A stretch of 64,000 nucleotides of DNA from Vermamoeba vermiformis (taxonomy: Eukaryota). The stretch lies in the NCBI GenBank assembly GCA_045837725.1, contig JBEWZL010000179.1:372001-436000 (forward strand), given 5' to 3'. Under the pieces are notes generated by a model. The model had not been told where the DNA came from and ran no database searches. It saw only the letters and a program-made list of their open reading frames with translations. A program made the position numbers and the translations under genes. Below, one piece after another: positions 50,813-62,558 of this stretch; the first letter of the stretch is position 1, and each line of letters opens with the position of its first letter.

Positions 50813-52282
50813 ATGAGCAACGAACAACAATTCAAAGCGTGGGCTGCATTTGAACCTAAAGGACAATTGACCGAATGGTCTTATACTCCTCGTCCTATTG
50901 GTCCTCGTGATGTCGAGATTGAAATTACACATTGCGGTATTTGTGCCACTGGTATGTGCCTACAATAATATGAATTATCTGTATTTTTATCTAATTTGCT
51001 AATGCCGATTTTTAGACATCCATCGAATGGATTCAGGTTGGGGTCCCACGAGATACCCGATCGTTCCTGGTAATATAATTAATTTATTACTATTATTTCC
51101 GATATTCTGACTAATTTTTTGTTTGCAGGACACGAAATTATTGGTACTGTAACTCACGTTGGATCTGAAGTTACCCGGTTCAAAGTTGGTATGTTAAATT
51201 ATAACCTAATTTAATATATTCAGTACTAACTACGACTAGGACAACGTGTTGGTGTTGGAGCGCAATGCCAGTCGTGCCATCAATGCGAGGATTGTCACGA
51301 GCACCTTGAGGCTTATTGCGATAAAAAAGTTCCGACTTATGGCGGCACTTTCGCTGATGGTACATTCAGTTATGGAGGTTATGCTAAGTAAGTGTATAAT
51401 ATTATAAATAGTCTAAATACTAACTGAATTTAATTTTAGAAATATTCGAGTTGACGAGCGATTTTCATTCGCTATCCCAGAGAATATTTCATCAGAGGTC
51501 AGTATATTCTTATAATATAATAATATATGTAATTCTTACGATATTTAACAATAGGAAGCTGCACCTCTCTTGTGCGCAGGAATTACAATGTACGATCCGT
51601 TGAAACATTTCGGAGCAGGCCCCGGCAAAAAGGTCGGTATTGTTGGTATTGGCGGTCTGGGTCATTTGGGTCTCAAGTTCGCACGAGCATTGGGTGCTGA
51701 AGTTTACGCCATTTCAACTTCTGCTTCGAAAGAAGAAGAGGCCAAGAAACTCGGTGCTCATCACTTCATCAACACTAAAAGTAAAGAAGATGTCGCTAAG
51801 GTAAGTCAATATATTAGTTTATAATATCATTTAGTAATTAAAGTTATGTTTGACTTTCGAATTTTTTTTCTGATCGGATCTTGTATTTCAGCATCGAAGA
51901 CAACTCGATTTAATCATCTCGACATTGGACGGTGATGTGGACTGGGGCATGTATATTAGTATGGTCAAGCGCGATGGCCAATTCGTCATAGTTGGCGTTC
52001 CTGAAACAAAAATTCAAATTCCTGCTTTTGCGTTGATCTCAAGGTAATGCGTACAAATCATGATTATGTTGTATTAATATATTATATAGACGAGTTAACT
52101 TCGCTGGTTCGTTTATTGGCAGTCCTAATGGAATTGAAGAGATGTTGGCCTTGGCGAGCAAAGAGAATATTGTCGCTAATGTTCAAGTATGGCCTATTGA
52201 GAAAATTAACGAAGCAATCGAGAATTTTAGAAAGGGTAATCCGAGATATAGATATGTTTTGGAGTTGAAAGCTCGTCTATAA
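50813..52282 (+). CDS. CAD/YahK-family alcohol dehydrogenase, copy C (7 introns)
   Basis: [22 protein letters not shown]...YC, APLLCAG and GIGGLGH; ends LELKARL*. Confidence 0.94.
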
Positions 52283-52562
52283 AACGTACCAAGATCCGGA
52301 GTTTACAAGAACCAGATTTGACGGCGTGCCTTTCTGCTTATTTTCATTTTTCGAGCAACTACTTACGAAAATTAATTGTAATCTTGCCGAAACGAACACC
52401 TGGTGCCAAATTTGATTCGGCTTTTTGTACATCCGTCGAGTTTTCTGAGGCAATTAGAAGAAATATCGATAATTTGTGCTACGCAAAGATATTTAAAGGC
52501 AAGTTGTTATCGGCACTATTCACTAACAAACCTACCAACAAACAACAACAAACGACTTCAAA

Positions 52563-52784
52563 ATGAGCGACAATTATTACCACGCTGTTAAAGCCACGGA
52601 TGCCGCTATGGGCGAAGAGGCTCACCACTACAACGCTGAGGCCGCTAAATATCGAGCCAAAGATCCTACTAGAGGCATTGTTGAACGCGCCGAAGCTACT
52701 GGCCACTATGTCTCGGAGAAGATGAAAGAAGGCGGCGACAATCTCTCTTATCATCACCACAATGAGCAAGCAAAGCACTTTTAA
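52563..52784 (+). CDS. Small hydrophilic Grg1/LEA-like stress protein (73 aa)
   Basis: Intronless ATG ORF after an A/C-rich leader. AKDPTRGIVERAEATGHYVSEKMKE resembles, from memory, the fungal Grg1/Ccg-1 pattern. Confidence 0.55.
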   Translation: MSDNYYHAVKATDAAMGEEAHHYNAEAAKYRAKDPTRGIVERAEATGHYVSEKMKEGGDNLSYHHHNEQAKHF

Positions 52785-53096
52785 ATATACCCAAGTATAT
52801 ATAATGTAAATAAAAAACATTACAACTAGATTACAATGACTTTGTACCTCTGGCACCTTTTTTTTTTGGCCGGATCGCCAAGTCAGATCCAACTGACCAG
52901 AAATTTGAGTATACTGCTCTTATAAATCTACTATTTGTCGGAGGGTAGTGTAATAGATGTTTCAGGATTCCGTCCGTTCCAAAGAATGACATTCTACGAG
53001 GAACTTTCTTTTCGGCTCATTTTCAAATAAATTGGAGCACGAAAATAATGCCAGAGAAATGGGCACTGATGAATTTATTAAATAAAATATCCTGCG

Positions 53097-54516
53097 ATGG
53101 AGAGAAATCATCAATTTGGAACTCTTCCTCCCGAGGTTTGGTGTCACATCCTTTCTTACACTCAAGATATTAATGATGTGGTCGATCAAAAATTCGTCAA
53201 TCGATTATTTTATCACGAACTTGCTTCGAGGGACCCATTCAAGGCCTTAGATAGTTCGCTTAAAATTTCAAAAGGTAAATAAATTATATTATTGCGTAAT
53301 TTATTTATGTTTGATTCATACAGAATGCATAAAACACTTAACCAGCAGAGATACATTGTATTCTCTTCCTCGAGAGTATTTATACCTGTAAGTACAATTC
53401 CATCCGAATCTGCAACGATTTAACCAGATGTTCTTAGAGCGCAGCGCAGCTCAATTAGCGTCGTGCACAACAATGAATTTCATTTCAAAACTATCTTCCT
53501 TGGTGCATCTGGCGTCGGAAAATCAGCGTTTTTGACCTCTTTTGTTGTACGTTCTTGTCCAGATTTACTTCGCTGTCTAACCTAATGGCTTCCAGAAAGG
53601 GCGATTTGAAGAACTATATGAAGGGACTATAGGATGTGCATTTGTAAGTAGAACAATTGACGTCGCAGGCTAGTTACTGATACAAGACTAGTTCACGAAG
53701 AAGCTCGTGGATCAGGATAGAATTGCCACTAAATTTGAACTCGTAAGACTATTAACTTCCATTATGATCGGTCTAATGATCTAATAATCTAATAATTTAA
53801 TTTAGTGGGACACTGCTGGCGTAAGTTCAATTAAATGACACGTGTCAAATCTGCTGATCCACGTAACTAATTTGACTGCCGTTCAGCAAGAAAGATTCGC
53901 GAGTTTATCACCCATCTACTACAGGCACGCGCGTGCAGTGCTGCTCTGTTTCAGCATTGACGATAGAAAGAGCCTCGTCTCGCTCTTGACTCGGTTCTTG
54001 CCCGAGGTGTGCAATTCGTTTAAAAGCAACAACCCCGAGGACCAGCCAGTGATGTACTTGTTGGGACTCAAATCTGATCTCGAAGGGAAGCGAGACGTAT
54101 CGACCACTGAAGCGAAGGTGAGACTCAAGTCAACTTGACACGTGTCAATAGATATTTTTCACGTGTCAAAAACTACGAACCAATTTTTATCTCAAAATAG
54201 TTAAACCTACTTTTTCCTTCTATTTGTCGTCATATCGTTTGTTACTGATGCTCTTATCCAGTTTATTGCCCGAGCACTGAAGATGAAGTACTTTGAGTGC
54301 TCAGCGAAGTTAGGTCACAATGTGAATGAAGTCATGGAGTCGTTGAAAGACGATCTGCTCAAAGCTGTTCGGTACGTTTGCGAACACTAATAAGACCATC
54401 ATTTGCTTTCATATATAACATATTATTATAGGGTGCCTGGATTGGAGGTCCCCGCTCCTGTACGAACTCCAGAGAGACCCAAGATTACACATATTTGCTG
54501 GTGTTCGATACAATAA
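53097..54516 (+). CDS. F-box/Rab-like small GTPase fusion with C-terminal CaaX, 9 exons
   Basis: F-box LPPEVWCHILSY...KFVNRLFY splices in frame to FKTIFLGASGVGKS, YEGTIGCAF, WDTAGQERFASLSPIYYR, GLKSDL and FECSAK; ends CWCSIQ*. Confidence 0.85.
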
Positions 54517-54893
54517 GCACTAGCAGTCGTTTTTTTTGACAGCACAATTTCGCTCGACTTGGATCATTTGCATAAAAACGAACTTTAAGATGTGGATCTC
54601 AAAGTGCGTGATAACGTAATTGTACGTAGAATGCGATTTTGTGCCCACGTGCGCGAATATGTTTAAATTATAGAACTCGCGCAACTTGTCGTCGTCAACC
54701 ACCATGAACGCAATGTCAAGTGCCACGGTGTCATCGAGTTTGTGTGGCTTGTTGAGCATTGACGAGTGAACCAAAGACCGACACCATCTTCCCTGCGTCT
54801 TCTCAGTAGTAATGATTTCACCTACACGAGCATCATTGGTTCAGGAGTCTTTCCTTTATTTATTGTATAGTTTCACAAATGATCTCTGACCTA

Positions 54894-57030
54894 TTAGTTG
54901 TTCTTAGCGAATTTGGGGTTGATACCAGCCAAAATTGACGGGTTGAATAGCACTGTGGCAGTCACTTCAGCGACACTTTTCGCCATCTCGTCCAATACTT
55001 GTGTGTCGATATTGTCAACAGTGTCGCACGCTTTATGGTAGCAAGGCTGATGATATAATAGGTTAGTTATTAGAAATCAAATGTGATGAAGTTGGATGCG
55101 TTGACACGATCCGGATCGTCAACTGCAGTCGAAGACGACTTACATCATAGGAAGCGTAAGCCACACCACCAAAGAGCTTTCTCTCCTCCAGAGTCTTTTT
55201 GCCCTCAGCACCAGTGAACAAACCACCAGCGGGAATGCCATTAGCAATGAAAGGAGCGTAGTCCGAACGACCGTCCAACGCGACCAACGTGAAGGCTAAG
55301 TCTTGGCTCTGGAAATAACCCTCGAACAGTTTTTGGGTCAAAGTTGAGCCGTTACGCAAGTCCTCAGGAGCAGTAGAACCATCACGAATGCCACGTATGA
55401 AGTTAGGCGAGCCCGACATGTCAAAGTTGAGGTTGAGCGCAATCCGAGCGAACTGATCCGGGTGATTGCGCTTCAAATCTCTGACGTAGTACTTTGAGCC
55501 AAGGAGACTTCGTTCTTCAGATCCCCACCATGCCAATCGCAGCTGAGCAGGTGAATCTTGCTTGAACATTTTAGTCTCAGCGACGATGCGCGCGAGAGCC
55601 AACAAAGTGGCAGTACCGGATCCGTTGTCATTGATACCAGGACCAGCAGGAACTGAGTCCAAGTGAGCACCGACGACAACAACAGGTCCTGAAGCAGGAC
55701 CAGACAAAGGTTCGGCGAGAATGTTGAAAGTCATGTTCTCTGTTGCAGAAATCTTGTTAATGCCGGAATTCATTCAGAACACGAAAAGTCCGCGAAAATA
55801 GAAAGAGATGTTTGGTTTTTGTAATGAATGACTTACTAATAATTACATTGTTACCAGTGACGTGAAGAGTGACAGGTTGGGTCTCGTGCAAATCTTTCAA
55901 CATTTTGCCAGTTTGGTTGGTGAGCGTAAATACGGGGAAAGTAACGTTGGACAAAGTTTCGGCAGACGGGAGGCCGGTTCTGTTGCTGTAAACCAACAAA
56001 GCACTAACATTGGCAGCCATCGCATGGAGCTGTCAGTGTCACGCAAAGTCAATGCCTGTCACGTGCTACAAAGTATTAAACAGTCGCGGACTTACGGTCT
56101 TTTGATCGTAGTCGCAGACACCTCGCAAAACGAGGGCAATGTTGCCTGCAGGGAAACCGGCCCAATCAACTGCATCGCAACCAACGTTTTGGACTAGAAA
56201 AATTTTTTTTCAGATCCAAAGTATTACTAAATTAGGAAAATGATTGAAATACGGCTCAATTTCTAATTGCTAGATTCACCAACCAAATTGTCATTCAGGA
56301 TTGACTTACCGACAGAAATGTTAGCAATAACGTCACCAGATCCGGAGAAGTAGACTTCCTCAAAGTCAATGTCGTAAGTGAAGTTGTACGGATTTGGGTT
56401 CACTATAGCTAACGTGGGCTTGGCAAGTTGACGGTATCTAACGTCGTATGGGAAGTCTTGACGCTCGACCTTGAAGTAGCCGTAGCTGTTCAACGTGTCC
56501 ATTACGTATTGACCAGTCACATTGTAACCTAAAAATAGCATTAGAATCGTTTCGGAGCGCTCCTTCGCAAGATCCAACCGTTAATTCGAATTTACGCAAG
56601 AATAACTTCTTAAATATTTATAATATTCTTACCGTCGGTTCCAACCGCTCGAGTTCCATTATTAGCGTAAGCAAGATCTTGCAGTGTTTGCTTAATTCGG
56701 AAAATTAGATCTAACGCCTAATAATTACATGACTGTGAGCGTACCAATGTCGTCATAATTTCTTCGATAGTCATGCGAGACGAGAAAGTTTGGTTTAATC
56801 CGACGGATGCATTTCCAGCAGGGGGCTCCGAATGTTGCCACACCGAGAAAGTAATGGCAGCGCCAACCAAAGCACCAAGGATTAAAATGCCCAATTATTA
56901 AAATATACATCCTGCCGCGAGAGCGCGCTTGCGGCTATAAATAAGATAAAGATTAGGACAAATCCAGATCACGATTGGTTAAACTTACGGGAGAGGCCAC
57001 TAAGGGCCGATTTTCTTCGTCGCTGTGCAT
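54894..57030 (-). CDS. M28 aminopeptidase with PA domain (aminopeptidase Y/SGAP-like), N-terminally membrane anchored
   Basis: RAVGTDGY, IALVLRGVC (PA), GAHLDSVPAGPGINDNGSG, WWGSEE, NFDMSGSPN, GRSDYAPF, GGLFTGAE and YDPCYHKACD. Confidence 0.95.
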
Positions 57031-57972
57031 TGCTGTTAACTGGTATGCTCAATATGCACATAAGAAGGTTTCGCACGGTTTCTTAGTGTGCATTCTTTGC
57101 CTTTTCTGATTAGCGCCGATCTGCAGAAATAAATTTCGTTTCAGATTTTTTTCTGTTTGGCTAACGCCTTATCAGTTTGACGACGTAATTAAGTTCAACT
57201 AGAGATATCCAGAATTGATTACTCATGCACGATCGCGTTACGTTAAAAATATAATGTAAAAATATATAATTAAGAATATTTTTGCTCATAGTGCTGTAAA
57301 TTGGACCTTGAACGGAAGTCGCCAGCTCAAAAAACTGCCGGTAAAAAAAAAATACATTTTTGGTACAACTTTCGCTGAAAAGTATAATAAACTTTTCTCG
57401 TAAAAAGCATTAGATCAGATTTCAAAAAGATTCACCTGTTGCGCAAAACAGGTTGACTGCTACCGACCAAGGACAGAAACCACTGCTCAATACTCTGTTG
57501 CAGAGTTTGAGCTGGCAAGTTGATCCAAAATCGCATTTTGAATTATTGAGCTTCGTTCGCAGCTTGATGAGTCTAGTAGGTATATAGTGTTACGTCTGTT
57601 GGTTCCAGAACTATAATTTTCGTACGAAATTACATTACTATTTTTGGATTGTGTTCTCGGAGAAACGGGCAAATACGTTTCTACGAGTGTTAGACAGTAA
57701 ACGGTGGAAAGAATGCACCATTATAACGGAGGATCGACTAGGAATCAATTCGCAAACTTGCGAGGTTCAAATCTGTATCAGTTTCGTAATTTCCGCCAGT
57801 TTTCTCAACTGTTGCCAGATCCGTTCACAAAAATCGAATGTTCCCTACCAGGGCTTGAGAAACTCGCATCAACTATAAAAACGATTTTTTTTTATTATTT
57901 GTTTCATTACCAAAGGAGCACTCCACAACTAATCCAGAACCACTAAGAAAGAAATCCGTTAACAATACAAAC

Positions 57973-59685
57973 ATGACCAAACAATTCAAAGCTTGGGCCG
58001 CTCTCGAAGCTAAGGGTCAACTTCAACCTTGGTCCTATACTCCTCGTCCTCTTGACGTCGAGATCGACATTACTCATTGCGGAATGTGCTACAGTGGTAA
58101 GTTTTAGGCACCATTTTTTTCTTGTGGCGTACATATAATATAATATAATTACATGGTCTTCCAGCCATTCCTGGGTTGTTGCCAATTTTTAATATTTTTT
58201 TTCAGACCTGCACCAGATCGACTCCGGTTGGGGTCCCTCTTATTACCCTATTGTTCCTGGTAAGTTGCTAACACGTCAAAATAAACAAAATCTAATGCTT
58301 TATTGCAGGCCACGAGATCGTCGGTCACGTGACTAAAGTCGGCGCGGATGTCACTCGCTTTAAAGTTGGTAAGTGCTCGAATAAATTATATTATAAATCA
58401 TAAATATCTATACGAGCCAATTTTTGTTATTATTTCGTAATTTTTTGAACTGACGGATCTCGATCGCCCTACCAGGTCAACGTGTCGGTGTTGGCGCGCA
58501 ATGCTACTCGTGCAACCACTGCTCTGACTGCAATGAACACCTTGAGGCCTATTGTGATAAGAGTGTATCGACTTACAACAGCCTGTACGAAGACGGAACT
58601 GTTTCTTACGGAGGCTACGCCCAGTACGTTCAAAAAAAATATACAAAATTCAGAAAAAAATCCTTATTTTTCCTATTTTGAAGCAATTTCAGACTTGATT
58701 AATGAACTCACATTAACGATAATTAAATTTTCAGTAATGTTCGTCTCGACGAGCGATTCACATTCGCCGTGCCCGAGAATATGAAGTCAGAAGTACGTCC
58801 TATAATCATTTCATATCATGATCCTATTATGCTAATTAATAACACCAATTTCGACGCTATCGGAACTAATTTATTACCGACACGTGACTTCGTTTACCGA
58901 GACCCGGAATTAATTTTTCCCGAATAGGATGCCGCTCCGTTATTATGCGCTGGTATCACTATGTACTCTCCGTTGAAACATTTCGGAGCAGGCCCTGGCA
59001 AGAAGGTCGGAATTATTGGTATTGGCGGTCTGGGTCATTTGGGTCTCAAGTTTGCACGAGCATTGGGTGCTGAAGTTTACGCCATTTCAACTTCTGCTTC
59101 GAAAGAAGAAGAGGCCAAGAAACTCGGTGCTCATCACTTCATCAATACCAAGGATAAGGACTCTGTTGCTAAGGTACGTGAAAAAAATCGAAAAATATCT
59201 TCGACCTTACTGTGAAACTTTTGCTACTAAATATCTTTGACTCGCTGTGAAAATTTGAATCAAACTCTAACATTGTTACATTTATAGTACAAACGCTCAC
59301 TGGACTTGATTGTGTGCACATTGAACGGCGATGTTGATTGGAGCATGTACGTCAGCTTCGTTCGCCGCGACGGTCAATTTGTAATTGTCGGTGCGCCCGA
59401 GTCCAAGTTGCAACTCCCTGCTTTTGCATTGATTGAAAAGTACGTATCAATCGTCGAACAACAATATCTTTGCAAGTATTCACGGATCTGTTCTACAGGC
59501 GCATCAGCTTCTCTGGTTCGTTGATCGGCAGCCCTAATGAAATCGAAGAGATGTTGGCCTTGGCGAGCAAAGAGAATATTGTTGCTAATGTCCAAGTATG
59601 GCCTATTGAGAAAGTTAACGAAGCAATCGACAACTTCAGAAAGGGTAATCCGAGATATAGATACGTGTTGGACTTGAAACATTAA
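57973..59685 (+). CDS. CAD/YahK-family alcohol dehydrogenase, copy D (7 introns)
   Basis: [22 protein letters not shown]...YC, APLLCAG and GIGGLGH; in-frame 3-codon deletion near the N-terminus. Confidence 0.93.
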
Positions 59686-59809
59686 GAAATTATTAACAAT
59701 ATAATAAATATTTCTTATTTGAATCTCGCGACCTATTTACAATTACATTTTATCACCGTCACCTCCGTGGAAATTTCCACAGCGGCAGTGATTTAATTGG
59801 TTGACTTTT

Positions 59810-61815
59810 CTATTGGCTATTATTAGCGGCGTCATCTTCAGCGTCAGATGTCAGAACGATGTTATCTGCCTTTGACACGATGACACTTGTCGGTCGTGAC
59901 TGGTGATGCTGAAGGCTGTGAGAGTTGTCCGAAGAATTGCTCTGTTTCTTTTTCGTCGAAAATAAGAATATAATTACTGTTGTGGTACCTTCAGCAAAGA
60001 ACTGAGCGAATTCAAAGATTACTGCGTTTGTAATTTGATCTGATCCGATGATGTTGGCCAGCGCAATTGTGAAGCACATCAGAATCAAAAAACAAGCGCA
60101 TAATATAATCAACGCAGTAAGCTAAATAACAGTGATTAATAAATTATAATATATTTCTTATAAAAAACAAACACTGAAAATTAACTTACTTTTTTGAACT
60201 GCGCTGAATTCTTCTCGCTGACTTTAGCCGTGTTTTGATTCAATGCACGATATAGCTTCGCGCCAAAAACGATCCAAATGATCGACACTGCCAGAACAAT
60301 CACTGCGTAGAGTGAAAAAATGACGATCAAGATGATTGTCAATCTGAAGTAGACAGGCCATAACAGCAATACGACCAATATTGCCACAAGAATACCACAT
60401 CCGACGAGAAAAGGCACCCATAGTCTTCTCGACCACGTGCGTGAAATTGCTGACACTTTTGACGTTAGTTCGAACCTGTCATGTTGACAGCATATTGTTA
60501 GCGACAGTATCAATAGTATAACTAAATATAGTATACATGTAAATAGGTGCCGGGTAGCACTAATAAACCGCACAAAATTTATCCGTCTTCTGTATTTATA
60601 CCGGCCGTAAATTCGGCATCTTTATGGTGGATCTCGAAGATTCAATTTCACCAAAATTTTGAAAGGTGAACTTACCAATAGAAACTGACGATCAATGCAG
60701 CTAATATCAACAGTGTAACAGGCACGAATACTGCTCCGAGCACGAATGATGATGATATTGACAAAATGTCGTAGTTGGCAACTAGAACGAATACACGCAA
60801 GATGACTCCAACTGCAACCATCAAATATTAAGTCTTGCAAATGTAATATTAGATGTCATATTATTTTCTTACGAAAAAGCCCAATAATCATCAAAGCTAA
60901 GCTCATCTGCGCAACGGAGATCTTCGTCCGTTTGTTTATGAAGTACCATACGAGTTTGTAAATGGCAAATGCCGCCAATGTTAATTCGATAAGACCATGA
61001 ATTATCAGAAGTACAATAGGAGCAACCGAGACTTGATAGACTTGCCAAACATTCGTGTCTGAAAAAGAACAAATTATTAATAAATCGTGGCTGTGTTAAA
61101 TTTACCTCCGGATGCTACAATAGCTACTACTTGAGTGGAATTAGCGATAAGATCGATCAGAATACCGCCATTCTAAAATAGGAAAGAATTGGATGCATAA
61201 AAATTTTGGATTTCGTTAAACTTACGGGCCCGCTCACAAAGACAATCGGAAGAGTGATGTCGTCTCGATTAGCGTCACTGTATGCATTACGATTGATTCC
61301 TGCGCTATTAGCTGCTAACTCTCGCTGAATCATTCCCTAAAAGTCAGATTCGTTAAAACCAAGAATCACTCAAGTGTTGACACGTCATTACTTACCACAG
61401 CACCTACTGCCTGAAGGTTACGTGCTTGTGTCTCCAGATTACACGTGCCATCTGCGACCAAAACGATGTTTCCCTTCAGTTCATCTGGATTATTTACGGT
61501 TGTGCACGCGACAATTGGATCTGCAGTTACAACTCGTCCAGTAATGTTAAACACTCGCGGTCCAGTAGAAATTGACGACGGGGAGTTTAAATAGAGTTCA
61601 ACGGGTTCGACGAGTAACAACGCATCTGATTTTAGCAAAACCTACAAAATAAAGACTATCAGTTTACGCCTTTTTCGAGACGGAATTGCATCTACAAATT
61701 TATAAATTTATTAATAATATGTACGCTATTTATATATCAGAATGGTATTCAAAAATTTGAAAGATCTTACCGTTATACAGGCAAATATCAACAATGGCTG
61801 GGCAGTAACTCTCAT
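59810..61815 (-). CDS. Extracellular PA domain plus multi-pass (about 7 TM) receptor-like membrane protein
   Basis: Signal peptide, PA domain ADPIVAC...LKGNIVLVADGTC...QARNLQAVGAVG...ITLPIVFV, then about seven hydrophobic helices and an S-rich tail. Confidence 0.75.
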
Positions 61816-62558
61816 GGACAATGTGCTGCCTGACTATTTACGTCTGATTCTAGTTGCTTACTTGTTTAGACTTCACAAAATGACGCCAAAAATCCACTCC
61901 CGCCTTTTTAGGAGGGCTGTCAGCCTTGTCTTTCAAAATCCATTAAAAATCGTAAATCCTCAATCGAGTTAATAGAAAGCGTTACCCTTTAACTTATTAC
62001 GACCAAAAGATGGCTGATCTACGTTGCGGGGCTCCCGGACCGAGGGCTGGAAAAAAAAACTGTAGTTCCATTCCAAACTACCAGATCCGGTTGAAATGAG
62101 CGCTACGCTTGGTGGCAACTACTTAAATAAACAAATCTAGCAATGGGTTATTTAGCGTGCAAGCGTACCCGATCCGGAAAAAGAAATACTATGATGTAAG
62201 CAAGTATTTAATTAATTCACATAACATTTAAATAATAGCGATTACCTTATTACTTGTTTGGCTGGCAATGACAATTTCGTGCGGCTTGACTTGGATTCTT
62301 TCTGCAGATGGATCATAGTTAGATTGCTTCGAAGCAAAATTGAATTAAAATGAATAAGGAAAATAGGATAAAAATCGGCGTACGAAACTTCTTCATTTAA
62401 ATAATACCAAACTTCTGCAACGGGCAATGACAGAAATCCCAATTAGAATTGCCGATCTTTTTTGTTCGCTCTCGTTATTATGCCAGGGCAGGAATAAAGA
62501 TAAATAGCTGCGTAATTATTAAGTTAGCTAATATTAATCGCACAACAAAACTGAAAAG

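Noticed and set aside
54520-54830. Minus-strand 84-aa ORF between the F-box/Rab gene and the M28 peptidase
   Set aside because: No ATG at the start of the frame, an upstream in-frame stop and no recognisable domain; may be UTR or a gene remnant.
57973-58100. Dehydrogenase copy D as a pseudogene
   Set aside because: The 9-nt deletion is in frame, and all splice sites and Zn ligands are intact.
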